Below are positions 7,770 to 17,963 of a stretch of DNA of 64,000 nt, one piece after another; within the stretch, counting starts at the first letter, position 1, and every line of letters begins with the position of its first letter. The notes under the pieces were generated by a model. That model did not search any database and was not told where the DNA came from. It was given only the letters and a program-made list of their open reading frames with translations. Source of the stretch: a virus; IMG/VR virus record IMGVR_UViG_3300037575_000021, positions 31,314 through 95,313 of that record; one strand, 5' to 3'. The position numbers and the translations under genes were made by a program.

Positions 7770-9478
7770 CAGATCAGTGGGAAGAATTAAGTAAAGAGCG
7801 CAAGAAGCTCCAGAGTGAAGGTCATCTTCCTGATTGGTTCACTACTCAGGGGTGGCAAGCCTTCAAAGAGAAGATGCTTTACCAATCGATAGGTTACCGT
7901 GGCCACTGTGAGCGTATTGCTCGTACACTGGCACAGTGGGCACCTAAGACTCCTGCACCTTTCTGGGTAGATCCAGATATGACGTGGGAGAAAGCATTCT
8001 TTAATGTTTTATGGTCTGGAAAGCTTGTACCAAGCTCGCCTGTGGCTTGTAACACAGGGACAGATCGTGGCTTTTCAGTTAGTTGCTCTGGTGGTTACGT
8101 TGGAGATTCTATCTCTAGCTTCTACGAGCGATTGGGTGAAGGGGCTAAATTATCTCAGACAGGTTTTGGGATTTCGAGTTATCTGGGAGATATCCGTGAA
8201 CGTGGAGCACCGTTCAGCAATGGCGAAGGAAAAGCATCGGGTATTCTCCCAGTCCTAGATGACTTCGTGACAATGGCAGGTAAGGTGTCACAGGGCGGAG
8301 CAAGACGTGGTGCATGGGCAGGTTATATCCCGATGGCCCATGGCGATTTCTACGAGAGTGCTATGTTCCTGAAGAACAACCCGGATGATTGTAATATCGG
8401 GTGGAATGTCTATGACGAGGATATCAATAAGCTGAACCAAGCAGATCCTGACATGACTGATCGTTTCCAAGAGACGATGCTTGTTAAGGCTATGACTGGT
8501 AAGGGTTACTTCATGTTCCCTGATAAGGCTAACCACTTGGCACCTCCAGCGTTGAAGCGTTACAAGACTCCTATTCGAGCAAGTAACCTTTGTACTGAGA
8601 TCATGTTGCCACAGGATGAGGACTACACCTTTACGTGTGTTCTATCGAGCCTGAACCTTGCAATGTTTGATGAGTTGACTCCTGAAGACATCTTCACATC
8701 TATTGTATTCTTGGATTGTGTTGCTGAGGATTTCATTCAGAAGGCCAAAGATGTGCACGAGTTAAGACGTGCAGTGGACTTCACTCGTGATTTCCGAGCA
8801 TTAGGTCTTGGGGCGCTGGGTTTCCACACGTACTTGCAGCGTAAGAGTATTGTTCTTGGTAGTGTTCAGAGCTTCCTTGAGAATACGAAGATCTTTAATA
8901 AGATCCGTACCAATGCTGACTATGCAACTGAGTGGTTAGCTGAGGTTCAGGGCGAACCATTACGCTGTGAAGGTTTAGGTGCTCGTAATGCAACACTGTT
9001 AGCTATCGCCCCTAACACAACATCCGCATTAGTGGGTGGCTCTGTTAGTCAGGGGATTGAGCCAGTGTTTAAGAACACTTACACACAAGGGACAGCTGCA
9101 GGTGAGATGCTCCGTATTAACCCAGCGTTGATTGAGTTAATGCAAGAGAAAGGGATCTACAATAATGATCACATCAAGGAAGTTCGTGATGCTGATGGTA
9201 GTGTCCAAGAGGTAGATTGGTTAACGGAACATGAGAAGGCAGTCTTTAGGACTTTCCCTGAAGTTCCTCAGGAAGCTTTAATTGATCTGGCATCTGCACG
9301 TACACAGATCGATCAGTGGCAGTCATTGAACCTAGCTTTCTCTTCGGATGCATCTGAGGAATACATTGCTTCAGTTTTCCAGAAAGCTTTCCTTGACAAG
9401 AACATCAAAGCTGTGTATTACTCGCGTATGAGCAAGGCCGCAAAGGCTAGCAGTGGTGAGTGTATCGCTTGTGAATGA
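7766..9478 (+). CDS. nrdA: Ribonucleotide reductase class Ia alpha subunit
   Basis: SNLCTEI, VSQGGARRG, AIAPN, YY and C-terminal CIAC. Confidence 0.95.
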   Translation: MTDQWEELSKERKKLQSEGHLPDWFTTQGWQAFKEKMLYQSIGYRGHCERIARTLAQWAPKTPAPFWVDPDMTWEKAFFNVLWSGKLVPSSPVACNTGTDRGFSVSCSGGYVGDSISSFYERLGEGAKLSQTGFGISSYLGDIRERGAPFSNGEGKASGILPVLDDFVTMAGKVSQGGARRGAWAGYIPMAHGDFYESAMFLKNNPDDCNIGWNVYDEDINKLNQADPDMTDRFQETMLVKAMTGKGYFMFPDKANHLAPPALKRYKTPIRASNLCTEIMLPQDEDYTFTCVLSSLNLAMFDELTPEDIFTSIVFLDCVAEDFIQKAKDVHELRRAVDFTRDFRALGLGALGFHTYLQRKSIVLGSVQSFLENTKIFNKIRTNADYATEWLAEVQGEPLRCEGLGARNATLLAIAPNTTSALVGGSVSQGIEPVFKNTYTQGTAAGEMLRINPALIELMQEKGIYNNDHIKEVRDADGSVQEVDWLTEHEKAVFRTFPEVPQEALIDLASARTQIDQWQSLNLAFSSDASEEYIASVFQKAFLDKNIKAVYYSRMSKAAKASSGECIACE

Positions 9479-9513
9479 TAACGAGGCCTCCGGGCCTCTT
9501 ACAGGAGGGAATA

Positions 9514-10011
9514 ATGAGCCTAGTCTACGTATTAAGTGACCTTCACTTAGGTCACAAAAACATTTGTAATTTCCGAACACAGTTCTCTACGGTAGAGGAA
9601 CATGATGAGTTTATCCTCGACAATTACCGCTCAGTTATCACCAAGAGGGATACTGTTATCTTTCTCGGGGATGTTGCCTTTACAAAGGAGCGCCTTGAGG
9701 ATGTTAAGTCCCTTGAAGGGAATAAGATCTTAGTGTGCGGTAATCATGACACTGAACGTGGGATTGATATGAAGTACTTGACAAATTGCGGAGCCTACAG
9801 TAAAGTGTACTCTATGTGGTCACGTAAAGGTTGCTGGTTAACTCATTGCCCAGTCCATCCTGATGAGTTACGTGGGAAGTTTAACATTCATGGGTATGTT
9901 CATAGTAATACCTTGGATGATTCACGTTACTTCAACGCATCTATGGAGAACATTGATTATAAGCCTAAGAAGTTCATTGACATCTTAGAGGAATTACGGG
10001 AGGCAAAATGA
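9514..10011 (+). CDS. Calcineurin-like metallophosphoesterase
   Basis: SDLHLGH, LGD, GNHD, THCP, HG motifs; start refined to the ATG after GGAGG. Confidence 0.85.
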   Translation: MSLVYVLSDLHLGHKNICNFRTQFSTVEEHDEFILDNYRSVITKRDTVIFLGDVAFTKERLEDVKSLEGNKILVCGNHDTERGIDMKYLTNCGAYSKVYSMWSRKGCWLTHCPVHPDELRGKFNIHGYVHSNTLDDSRYFNASMENIDYKPKKFIDILEELREAK

Positions 10012-10817
10012 AAAGTGAGTTTAAGGTACACATTGACGGGAAGCTTGTAGATTTCAACATGCTCACGTTTAATGGAGGGGAGGAGCATGTAAAATTATCT
10101 ACGAACTACATAGAGTACCATGCTGAGATCCAAGCATACATCCGAGATTCTGCAGGTATTATGCAATTAGCTCTAGTAAAGGATGCTATTGATGGTATTA
10201 ACTGCGATAAGATCCCAGTATCGCTTGTCTTACCTTATGTTCCTTACGCAAGGCAGGATAGGCGATGTGAGTGCGGGGAGGCGTTCAGCTTGAAAGTCTT
10301 TGCGCGGATACTTAACGGTATGAACTTTGATTCCGTTTTTATCAGTGACGCGCATAGTGATGTGGCACCCGCACTGATTGATAACTGCACTAATATCAAG
10401 CAGTCCACAATTTTCACCAATTCGAATGTTTTTGCCAATGGATTCCATTCAGATGATACCCTATTGTGCTCTCCAGATGGTGGAGCTTTGAAGAAAATCC
10501 ATTCAATCTCTAAGATCTTCAATAAAGATGTGATCGAAGCCACAAAAGTTCGTTGCACAAAGACTGGACAAATATTAGAGACTCGTGTACACTGCGATAG
10601 CCTTGAAGGTAAGAATGTGTGGATCATTGATGACATTTGTGATGGTGGTCGTACATTTGCTGAGTTGGCGAAGGTGCTGAAGCAGAAAGATGCTAAGCAG
10701 GTTAATCTTTGGGTTACCCACGGGATCTTTGCAAACGGTAAGCAGTACCTATACGATAACGGTGTAGATAATGTCTATGCCCGATATGATTGGACAAATG
10801 AAGGGGGTGTATTATGA
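10008..10817 (+). CDS. Ribose-phosphate pyrophosphokinase-like protein (probable Adps of NARP1)
   Basis: PYVPYARQDR, DAHS, SPDGGA, IIDDICDGGRTF, THGIF. Confidence 0.85.
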   Translation: MKSEFKVHIDGKLVDFNMLTFNGGEEHVKLSTNYIEYHAEIQAYIRDSAGIMQLALVKDAIDGINCDKIPVSLVLPYVPYARQDRRCECGEAFSLKVFARILNGMNFDSVFISDAHSDVAPALIDNCTNIKQSTIFTNSNVFANGFHSDDTLLCSPDGGALKKIHSISKIFNKDVIEATKVRCTKTGQILETRVHCDSLEGKNVWIIDDICDGGRTFAELAKVLKQKDAKQVNLWVTHGIFANGKQYLYDNGVDNVYARYDWTNEGGVL

Positions 10818-11446
10818 AGAAAATTATTACAGTTTTAATGTTAGCAGTTGCTCTTGTGGGTTGTGGTAATGACTCAAGCTGGAGACTATACAGTAAGGCC
10901 ACACCAGAGGAGAAGGAAATCCTAAAGACATCCTTCTTCGACACTCATCCTAATATAGATCATTTAAATAGGTCGGTAGTCAAGGCTATAAACTCCCGTC
11001 AGGTAAGACCTACAAATGGTCACAAGTCTTTATGTGAGTTCAAAGAGTTAGTGTCCTTATCAACATCTCGAATGGAGGCAAGCAATAAGTATAAGATCAC
11101 CATTAAAGATGCATACAGGATGCTTTATAAAAAGGATTTCGATGAGGTATGTTACGGTAATGGAAATAAACCGGAGCTTGCACCTGAAGAGATTCACGAG
11201 GAGCAGATTGCTGAAGAAGTCCCCGCGCCTGAACGTGAGAGTGTGGTGACCATTGAGGAGGACATTGCAGTTCTGTCACCTGAGATGATGCACAACCTCA
11301 AGGGTGCAATTAAAAGCTGTCCACGAGCAAAAGATAAATATATGTCCTTGACAGAGCAAGGGGAGTTGCTTACAGTTAACTTCTACAAGAAGATGAGTGG
11401 AATTATCCACCGCTGTCAAGTAATGGAAATTGAAAAAGTATTATAA
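10814..11446 (+). CDS. Lipoprotein
   Basis: Lipobox LVGC after a hydrophobic signal. Confidence 0.7.
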   Translation: MKKIITVLMLAVALVGCGNDSSWRLYSKATPEEKEILKTSFFDTHPNIDHLNRSVVKAINSRQVRPTNGHKSLCEFKELVSLSTSRMEASNKYKITIKDAYRMLYKKDFDEVCYGNGNKPELAPEEIHEEQIAEEVPAPERESVVTIEEDIAVLSPEMMHNLKGAIKSCPRAKDKYMSLTEQGELLTVNFYKKMSGIIHRCQVMEIEKVL

Positions 11447-11455
11447 GGAGGAAAT

Positions 11456-13183
11456 ATGCAAGCATTGAATTCAACAGATTTTTATAAGACTGGCCACGGA
11501 TCCATGATGGAAGAAGGTACGAATCTAATCTATTCGAACTTTACTCCACGTAGTTCTCGTTTGGCTCAAGTTATTCGAGACCAGTATGATGACTGCATCG
11601 TATGGTTTGGCCTTCAGGGCTTCTTAAAGGAAGTCTTCATGAAGGAATGGCGTAATGATTTCTTCGGCGCACCTAAAGAGTATGCCGTTGAACGTTACAA
11701 GCGCCGAATGGACACATCATTAGGCCCGGGCAAGGTTACCGTAGAACACATTGAAGCTTTGCATGATCTTGGCTATCTGCCACTAGTGATTAAGTCACTA
11801 CCAGAGGGTGCCCGTGTCCCTATTAAGGTTCCAGCGTTTACAATCTACAACACTCACCCTGATTTCCCGTGGCTAACAAACTATGTGGAGACACTATTGA
11901 GCTGTGAACTTTGGAAGCCATCTACAACTGCGACTATCGCGTTTGAGTACAAGAAGCTTCTAATGGAATACGCTGTTAAGACTGGCACACCTGAGGAGTT
12001 TGTAGCTGTTCAAGGTCATGACTTCTCGTTCCGTGGAATGTCTGGTCGTCACGATGCAGCATCAGCTGGTGGTGGTCACCTGTTAAGCTTTATCGGTACA
12101 GATACTATTCCAGCTATTGACCGCATGGAGCAATACTACAATGCTCACTCATCCGAGGAAATGATTGGTTGTTCTGTTCCAGCGACTGAGCACATGGTTA
12201 TGTGTCTTGGCCAGAAGGATACTGAAATCAATACCTTCAAGCGTTTGATTAAAGATGACTACCCAACAGGTATTATCTCAATCGTATCTGACACTTGGGA
12301 TTTCTTCAAAGTAATCACTGAATACACGGTTGAACTTAAGGATGATATCCTAGCACGTCAACCTGATGAGTGGGGCTTATGCAAGACGGTGTTCCGTCCT
12401 GACAGTGGTGATCCAGCTGATATTCTTTGTGGTATTGAGATTAAGGATTACACTGGAAGAGTTTCTGATCTAGATGAGGCAGAGGACTGGTTCCTAGACG
12501 AGCTGGTTGAGAAAGAACGTGAAGAGGCAGGCCACGGTGAACAGGGTGATCAAAGTCCGTATGGATACTTCAAGTTCGAAGGCAAGACCTATAAGTTGGT
12601 AGCAGAGATTTTCTGGAACCGCTACGATAAGCAATACTACTTTGCTGATGAATGGTCAGTTGATTCCTGTGAAGAGGTTGAACTGACACCTCAACAAAAA
12701 GGTGCTGTAGAGTGCTTATGGGAAGTATTCGGTGGAACTGAGACAGAGAAAGGCTACAAGATGCTTAACGATAAAGTTGGTTTAATCTATGGCGACTCTA
12801 TCACTTTAAAACGTGCCAAGGATATCATGGAGCGTTTAGAAGCTAAAGGTTTCGCATCTGGAAACGTTGTATTCGGTATTGGTTCATACACTTACCAGTA
12901 CGTGACTCGTGATACCTTCGGATTTGCTATGAAGGCAACCTACGCTGAAGTAGATGGGATGCCTCGTGAGTTGTTCAAGGATCCGATAACAGATTCTGGC
13001 GTTAAGAAATCAGCTAAAGGTTTATTGCGTGTAGAGCTTGACAATGGCAAATACGTTATGTATGATCAGCAAGATTGGTACGGGGAGTCCCACGGGGAAC
13101 TCAAAGAAGTGTTCCGAAACGGACAATTAGTTAAAGAAACTTCTTTACAAGAGATCCGAGATCGGTTAAACTCCTACCTGTAA
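11456..13183 (+). CDS. Nicotinamide phosphoribosyltransferase-like protein (probable Namat of NARP1)
   Basis: TDFYK, HDFSFRG, SVPATEH, SIVSDTWD, RPDSGDP, IYGDSIT, KDPITD, KKSAKG. Confidence 0.9.
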   Translation: MQALNSTDFYKTGHGSMMEEGTNLIYSNFTPRSSRLAQVIRDQYDDCIVWFGLQGFLKEVFMKEWRNDFFGAPKEYAVERYKRRMDTSLGPGKVTVEHIEALHDLGYLPLVIKSLPEGARVPIKVPAFTIYNTHPDFPWLTNYVETLLSCELWKPSTTATIAFEYKKLLMEYAVKTGTPEEFVAVQGHDFSFRGMSGRHDAASAGGGHLLSFIGTDTIPAIDRMEQYYNAHSSEEMIGCSVPATEHMVMCLGQKDTEINTFKRLIKDDYPTGIISIVSDTWDFFKVITEYTVELKDDILARQPDEWGLCKTVFRPDSGDPADILCGIEIKDYTGRVSDLDEAEDWFLDELVEKEREEAGHGEQGDQSPYGYFKFEGKTYKLVAEIFWNRYDKQYYFADEWSVDSCEEVELTPQQKGAVECLWEVFGGTETEKGYKMLNDKVGLIYGDSITLKRAKDIMERLEAKGFASGNVVFGIGSYTYQYVTRDTFGFAMKATYAEVDGMPRELFKDPITDSGVKKSAKGLLRVELDNGKYVMYDQQDWYGESHGELKEVFRNGQLVKETSLQEIRDRLNSYL

Positions 13184-13235
13184 GTTGATAGGCCCTTCGG
13201 GGCCAACCGTTTTAAATAACAGAGGAGAAATAAAT

Positions 13236-13814
13236 ATGGCTGAAACAATTTTAATTTTCGGTTTAATTCTTATCTTTGGTCTTTGCTGGCTATCGGAGAT
13301 TGTCCGACTAGTTGAGCAGGACTATAAGTTCAAGTATAAAGATCGTAACTTTTATGGTATGACTGCTTGGACGTACACAATGAGCCACTCGACTATGGGA
13401 TTCTGTGGACTAGTGTGGGGATCGTTCCTGATGTATTTGACACTAGGAGGGGTATTTTCACTAGTATCCTACTTCTTGATTTCAATCATCTTAGGATGGG
13501 CTCAGGTATTCCTGACAGGGACTCTACCAACCGCTGAGTTAGCCATTGTAGGTATGGGTCTATCACTCTTACTGCTAATAGCTGTAGTTACCAATTACCT
13601 ATTTGTTGGCTTAAAGTACCTATGTACTGAGTACGCCTTACCTTACATCGGAGATAAAGCTCCAGTTTTGGCAGGTAAGGTCGGTGAAGTAACAGGTAAA
13701 ACAGTATGCCAGACAGGTGTAGCCAAAAAGATTAACTCTAAGTGGGAAGCTTTTAAGTTAGCTTACAAAACCCACAAAGAGAAGAACTGCCCAATTATTG
13801 ACACTGAATACTAA
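13236..13814 (+). CDS. Membrane protein
   Basis: Several TM segments; GAGGAG RBS. Confidence 0.7.
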   Translation: MAETILIFGLILIFGLCWLSEIVRLVEQDYKFKYKDRNFYGMTAWTYTMSHSTMGFCGLVWGSFLMYLTLGGVFSLVSYFLISIILGWAQVFLTGTLPTAELAIVGMGLSLLLLIAVVTNYLFVGLKYLCTEYALPYIGDKAPVLAGKVGEVTGKTVCQTGVAKKINSKWEAFKLAYKTHKEKNCPIIDTEY

Positions 13815-14000
13815 GGAGGTAGATATGCGTAAGCTTAAATATTTCCTGATCCTTATGACTATCCTAGGGATTGCTGTACTGATCAAACTACTTTGGTTTT
13901 TCAAATGGGTTCTATTAGCAGCTGTGGTACTTTACGTTTCTTACAAGGTGCACACAACCTACGTTAAACTGAAGGATCGCTGGCAAGCACGTAAGAAGAA

Positions 14001-14489
14001 GTGGGGTTGGGTATGATGTTAGATATTGGATCTATATTATTTATGGTGGTATTATTCTTACCAGTGTCCATCCCACTAGTGGTTGGTGTAATGTATGCCC
14101 TTAATTTCCTAATTAGTTATGTAACTGCAGGGGATTATGATGAGGTATTTATATGCAACACTGAGTGTTACGGATCTAAGAAGTTTAAGGGTATTAAGGT
14201 TTTCGGTAAAGATGTTGAAATGTTCACTGATTTTCAGGGCGCGGCTATTCTCATCTCTGTAATGATCTGCACCCTCTATTTTACAGGCGTACATAAGGCC
14301 AATCAGGAAGCCGGTGTGAATATTGTTTTCAATAATTTCACTGGAACTATGGGCTGCCTTATGTTATTATTCCTTGCCATCTGGGTAGTGTTATTCTTCC
14401 TACGTACAACCTACGTTACAGGTAAAAAGGTTAAACAGATTAAAAATCATCTAACGGATCATATTAATGATCCTAACGCCCACAACTGA
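14001..14489 (+). CDS. Membrane protein, HIND-motif family copy 2
   Basis: TM helices; C-terminal LTDHINDPNAH. Confidence 0.75.
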   Translation: MGLGMMLDIGSILFMVVLFLPVSIPLVVGVMYALNFLISYVTAGDYDEVFICNTECYGSKKFKGIKVFGKDVEMFTDFQGAAILISVMICTLYFTGVHKANQEAGVNIVFNNFTGTMGCLMLLFLAIWVVLFFLRTTYVTGKKVKQIKNHLTDHINDPNAHN

Positions 14490-14503
14490 AGGAGAAATAA
14501 AAT

Positions 14504-15061
14504 ATGTTTACAGAACTATTAGCTTCATTTATCACACTGGCATCTATGCTCTTAGGGCCTGCCATGGCAGTGCTATTTATTAGCTCACTCGTAGCGGAGT
14601 TACTTACAAGAGGAGTTACTGATGGTGATTATAAGGGCCTTTTCTTCGTCTGCAGTAACCACTTTGATAATAAGTGGACTTTCCGACTCTTCGGTAAGAC
14701 CTACATTGACGAGGTAAGCTCTATAGGTTACTTCATGTTGACGTTCTTAATGAATATTATCAGCATACCTTTCTGGGTATTCATGTCTGAGGAAGGTCTT
14801 GATCTTACTAATCCAGTATCTCTATTCCTTGCTGATATCCTATTAGTGGTTCTTATTGTAGCAGGTAACTACTACTTCGCTAAGGCGCTGTACAAGTTAG
14901 TCAAGAAGGTTCGAACTCTTAAGGAAGTCCTTAAGACTCACGTTAATGATAAGGATGCACACTCATCTTCATCTAAGTCTGGTGAAACTGTCTACCGCGA
15001 GACTGGTGATCGCGTGACAAAAGAAATGCGAGACGAATTCAAAAAGCGTTTCGATTACTAA
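14504..15061 (+). CDS. Membrane protein, HIND-motif family copy 3
   Basis: TM helices; LKTHVNDKDAH. Confidence 0.75.
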   Translation: MFTELLASFITLASMLLGPAMAVLFISSLVAELLTRGVTDGDYKGLFFVCSNHFDNKWTFRLFGKTYIDEVSSIGYFMLTFLMNIISIPFWVFMSEEGLDLTNPVSLFLADILLVVLIVAGNYYFAKALYKLVKKVRTLKEVLKTHVNDKDAHSSSSKSGETVYRETGDRVTKEMRDEFKKRFDY

Positions 15062-15077
15062 TCTCTGATTAAACATT

Positions 15078-15098
15078 AAGGCCCTTCGGGGCCTTTTC
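15078..15098 (+). terminator. Intrinsic terminator (UUCG hairpin)
   Basis: AAGGCCC-TTCG-GGGCCTT-TTCT; similar hairpins at ~13191 and ~20724. Confidence 0.7.
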
Positions 15099-15168
15099 TC
15101 GTTTTAGGGTATTGACTTTTATCATAGGATGCGCCATTATTGCCTGATGAGAATTAAAGGAGGACTAT

Positions 15169-16518
15169 ATGCCAAGACCCGTACATGAAATGCCGCTTTT
15201 TGATCCCGGTATCGCAATAAGGGAGTCACTACGTGACGTACAGATACGTAACACCCATTTCAATAGTAAGGGGCACTATTGCCCGCCTATCCCACACAGA
15301 GAGTGCTATAACCTACGTGGTATTGATTTCCATGTCTATCCTATTGGCCCCGGGAGAGGTGTTCGCTTCATGGGTAGAGACTATGACCAGTTCTCCCTCT
15401 GGAAGCCCTCCGATTGGAGAGGGTTCCTTTATAGAGAGGTTGGGCTACCTACCTCACTTAACCTCAGGGTTAAGGATCATTGTATTTTTGCTGCCCGCAT
15501 CCTAAGAAGAAAGCCATCAACTTTAGTTAATGGATTTAATAAAGCTATGTTAGAGGTTTGGGTGGATCCTATTAGACCTCTAGTAGAGAAGTACTGCAGT
15601 ATGATTGGATACAGACGTGGCTGGGATGTTAATCTGGTTAGAGCACTGTGGGAAAGATTAGATGAAGTGAGTCAAGCGCTGGAGGATAATCAGGAGAGTT
15701 TAGTCCCTTTTATCCTTCAAGATCATGACCTTAAACAACTCAAGGACTCACTCAGTAAGAAAGGTTGGAAGAAGTTGTGCAATAACTCAATATCGAGAAA
15801 CCAACGATTAGCGATTGCAGACACTTGTGAGGTAGGGGAATATATTAACATACCCACGACATTATTAAGACAGATATTTAATAAGAACCACCCCATGATG
15901 AAGCCAGATATGGAGAGCATCGACTGGTTCCTTAATAACTACAAAGGGCACACAACCCTAGATCAGAGATCGGAAAGATTACGTATGATGACCATCTACA
16001 AGGATACCCAGAGAATGTCTGTACAACTTGGGGAGGATTTTAATCCAAAATGGTCTTATCGTAGGATATCGGAAAAGCACGAAGAGTTTACACGAGCTAT
16101 ACATAGGAGGCATTACTCCGATGATGTTTTCCCTTGGACTACACTCCTACCGGAGGAGGTTAAAAAGGTTGAGCATGAGGACTACACAGCTACCCTTTTA
16201 GATAATGCTCTAGCTATTCGTGAGGAGGGTGATTCCATGGGGCACTGTGTTGGATCCTATGCCGTAAGAAGTTCAAATGCTGATTATATGGTTTACTCCA
16301 TAACCAAGGGTGATGAACGTGTGAGTACATTAGGGATAAACGTTGACAACCACATCAGTAAGGAAGAACACAAACCGAGGGCACTGAGGGGTGGATATCG
16401 ATTCAATCAGCACTACGGTAAATATAATTCTTATGTTACTGATGAGGATGTTAAAACTCTTGAGTCAAAAGTCCTCATGAAGCTTAAAAGTATGAGCGAG
16501 GGATTTGAAGATGAATGA
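15169..16518 (+). CDS. PcfJ-like domain protein
   Basis: C-terminal REEGDSMGHCVGSY and Q-x-Y-G-x-x-N motifs. Confidence 0.7.
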   Translation: MPRPVHEMPLFDPGIAIRESLRDVQIRNTHFNSKGHYCPPIPHRECYNLRGIDFHVYPIGPGRGVRFMGRDYDQFSLWKPSDWRGFLYREVGLPTSLNLRVKDHCIFAARILRRKPSTLVNGFNKAMLEVWVDPIRPLVEKYCSMIGYRRGWDVNLVRALWERLDEVSQALEDNQESLVPFILQDHDLKQLKDSLSKKGWKKLCNNSISRNQRLAIADTCEVGEYINIPTTLLRQIFNKNHPMMKPDMESIDWFLNNYKGHTTLDQRSERLRMMTIYKDTQRMSVQLGEDFNPKWSYRRISEKHEEFTRAIHRRHYSDDVFPWTTLLPEEVKKVEHEDYTATLLDNALAIREEGDSMGHCVGSYAVRSSNADYMVYSITKGDERVSTLGINVDNHISKEEHKPRALRGGYRFNQHYGKYNSYVTDEDVKTLESKVLMKLKSMSEGFEDE

Positions 16519-16810
16519 AGAGAAAGAAACTCTTGTTTTAGTCACTGGGGGCAGATCAGCTACCATTGTTGTTGATATGCTCGAAAAGGAAGGGTATGAT
16601 GTTAAAGTTATCGATGACCAATCCCACATAGAGGGACTTGAGTGCGAAGCTTTAATCTTCGATGATGATATCGGAGGGCCAAGTAAAACACAGGGTCAAC
16701 TCTGTGCAGAAATACTTAAATCCTCGGGGGAGACTTATATGTCACCACGAAGAGGATACCAACGTGGGAAAGGTAAACGTAAAAAGAAATGGGAGAGCCC
16801 TTACGGATGA
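16505..16810 (+). CDS. Hypothetical protein
   Basis: ORF in operon. Confidence 0.6.
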   Translation: MKMNEEKETLVLVTGGRSATIVVDMLEKEGYDVKVIDDQSHIEGLECEALIFDDDIGGPSKTQGQLCAEILKSSGETYMSPRRGYQRGKGKRKKKWESPYG

Positions 16811-16926
16811 AGATTAGCAGGATTGACCTTATAGGTTTGAATGGCGCAACAGCTGAACATTACGAAGTTGTTGACAAACAGAAAGAAACGTGTATACTTA
16901 CAGAAAATCAAAAAGAGGAGGCCCAA

Positions 16927-17307
16927 ATGAATTTATTACAAAAAGCTCTACTGAAGATTGCTAAGTTCTGTGTAAACCGATTAGATAACTATGAGGTTTC
17001 GTACATCACAGATGAAGCAATGGGTGAGCTGGAAGACCGCGCCGAAGACATTATCCGTTCATACAATTATGGACCTAAATACGTCAATGTGATCTACGAA
17101 CAGTTAGGAATCACAAGTTATCAAATTAAAGACACTGATCGATTGGTTGAAGACCTAGGTGCTGACAGCCTAGATTTGATCGAGGTGATTATGGCTCTAG
17201 AGGAAGAGTACGGAATTGAAATCCCTCATGGATTTGAAGAGAACATGATGGGTGCCACCGTTGCGGATGTAGCTCGTATTGTTGAAGGCCTAGGAGGTGA
17301 AGAATGA
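16927..17307 (+). CDS. Acyl carrier protein with N-terminal extension
   Basis: EDLGADSLDLIEVIMALEEEYGIEIP phosphopantetheine-attachment motif; start refined by GAGGAG RBS. Confidence 0.85.
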   Translation: MNLLQKALLKIAKFCVNRLDNYEVSYITDEAMGELEDRAEDIIRSYNYGPKYVNVIYEQLGITSYQIKDTDRLVEDLGADSLDLIEVIMALEEEYGIEIPHGFEENMMGATVADVARIVEGLGGEE

Positions 17308-17753
17308 TGGGGAGATGTACACAACTAGCTTGGAAGATTGCGGTTGATTCTCATGGTGATCAGATGTATGGGACTAAGCCCTATGTCCACCACCTACTTC
17401 AAGTGTTTGAAGGAATTAAGCGAAGCGCGAAAGCTTACAACCCTGCAGGTGTTATCTTAGATGAGGTTTGTGCTGTAGCCATCCTTCACGATGTTTTAGA
17501 GGATACCGATATGACAGCGGATAAGTTAGTCATTGCTGGATTACCGGGAAACGTAGTGAGTTCAATCATCACCTTGACAAAATACAAGGATGAGAGTTAT
17601 GATAGGTATATCTCAGGTATCAAGAAAGATACTATGGCTCTTATGGTCAAACGTGAGGACACTATGAAGAACCTTACTCAAAGCCAGAAAGAAGGTAACA
17701 ACAAGCGAATCATTAAGTATTCCAACCAATTGAAACTACTGTACGAGGTGTAA
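17304..17753 (+). CDS. HD-domain hydrolase, RelA/SpoT-hydrolase-like
   Basis: HGDQ, PYVHHL, AILHDVLEDT, LTK, VKRED. Confidence 0.8.
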   Translation: MMGRCTQLAWKIAVDSHGDQMYGTKPYVHHLLQVFEGIKRSAKAYNPAGVILDEVCAVAILHDVLEDTDMTADKLVIAGLPGNVVSSIITLTKYKDESYDRYISGIKKDTMALMVKREDTMKNLTQSQKEGNNKRIIKYSNQLKLLYEV

Positions 17754-17963
17754 TTTGGATCTAAAACGTATCAATGACCATTACAACACAATTGCCAGTA
17801 AGGTCGCTGGCAGTACATCCCGCTCACAAGCGGAAAATAAATTACAGAACCACGTACACAAGCATGACCTGCCAGATATCTTTCGTGTTGTTCACAAAGG
17901 TAATGGATTCGAGGTTAGCGTTGATACGGAGTTCCAACGAGGAGTGGAGAGGTTGAAAGGGTA

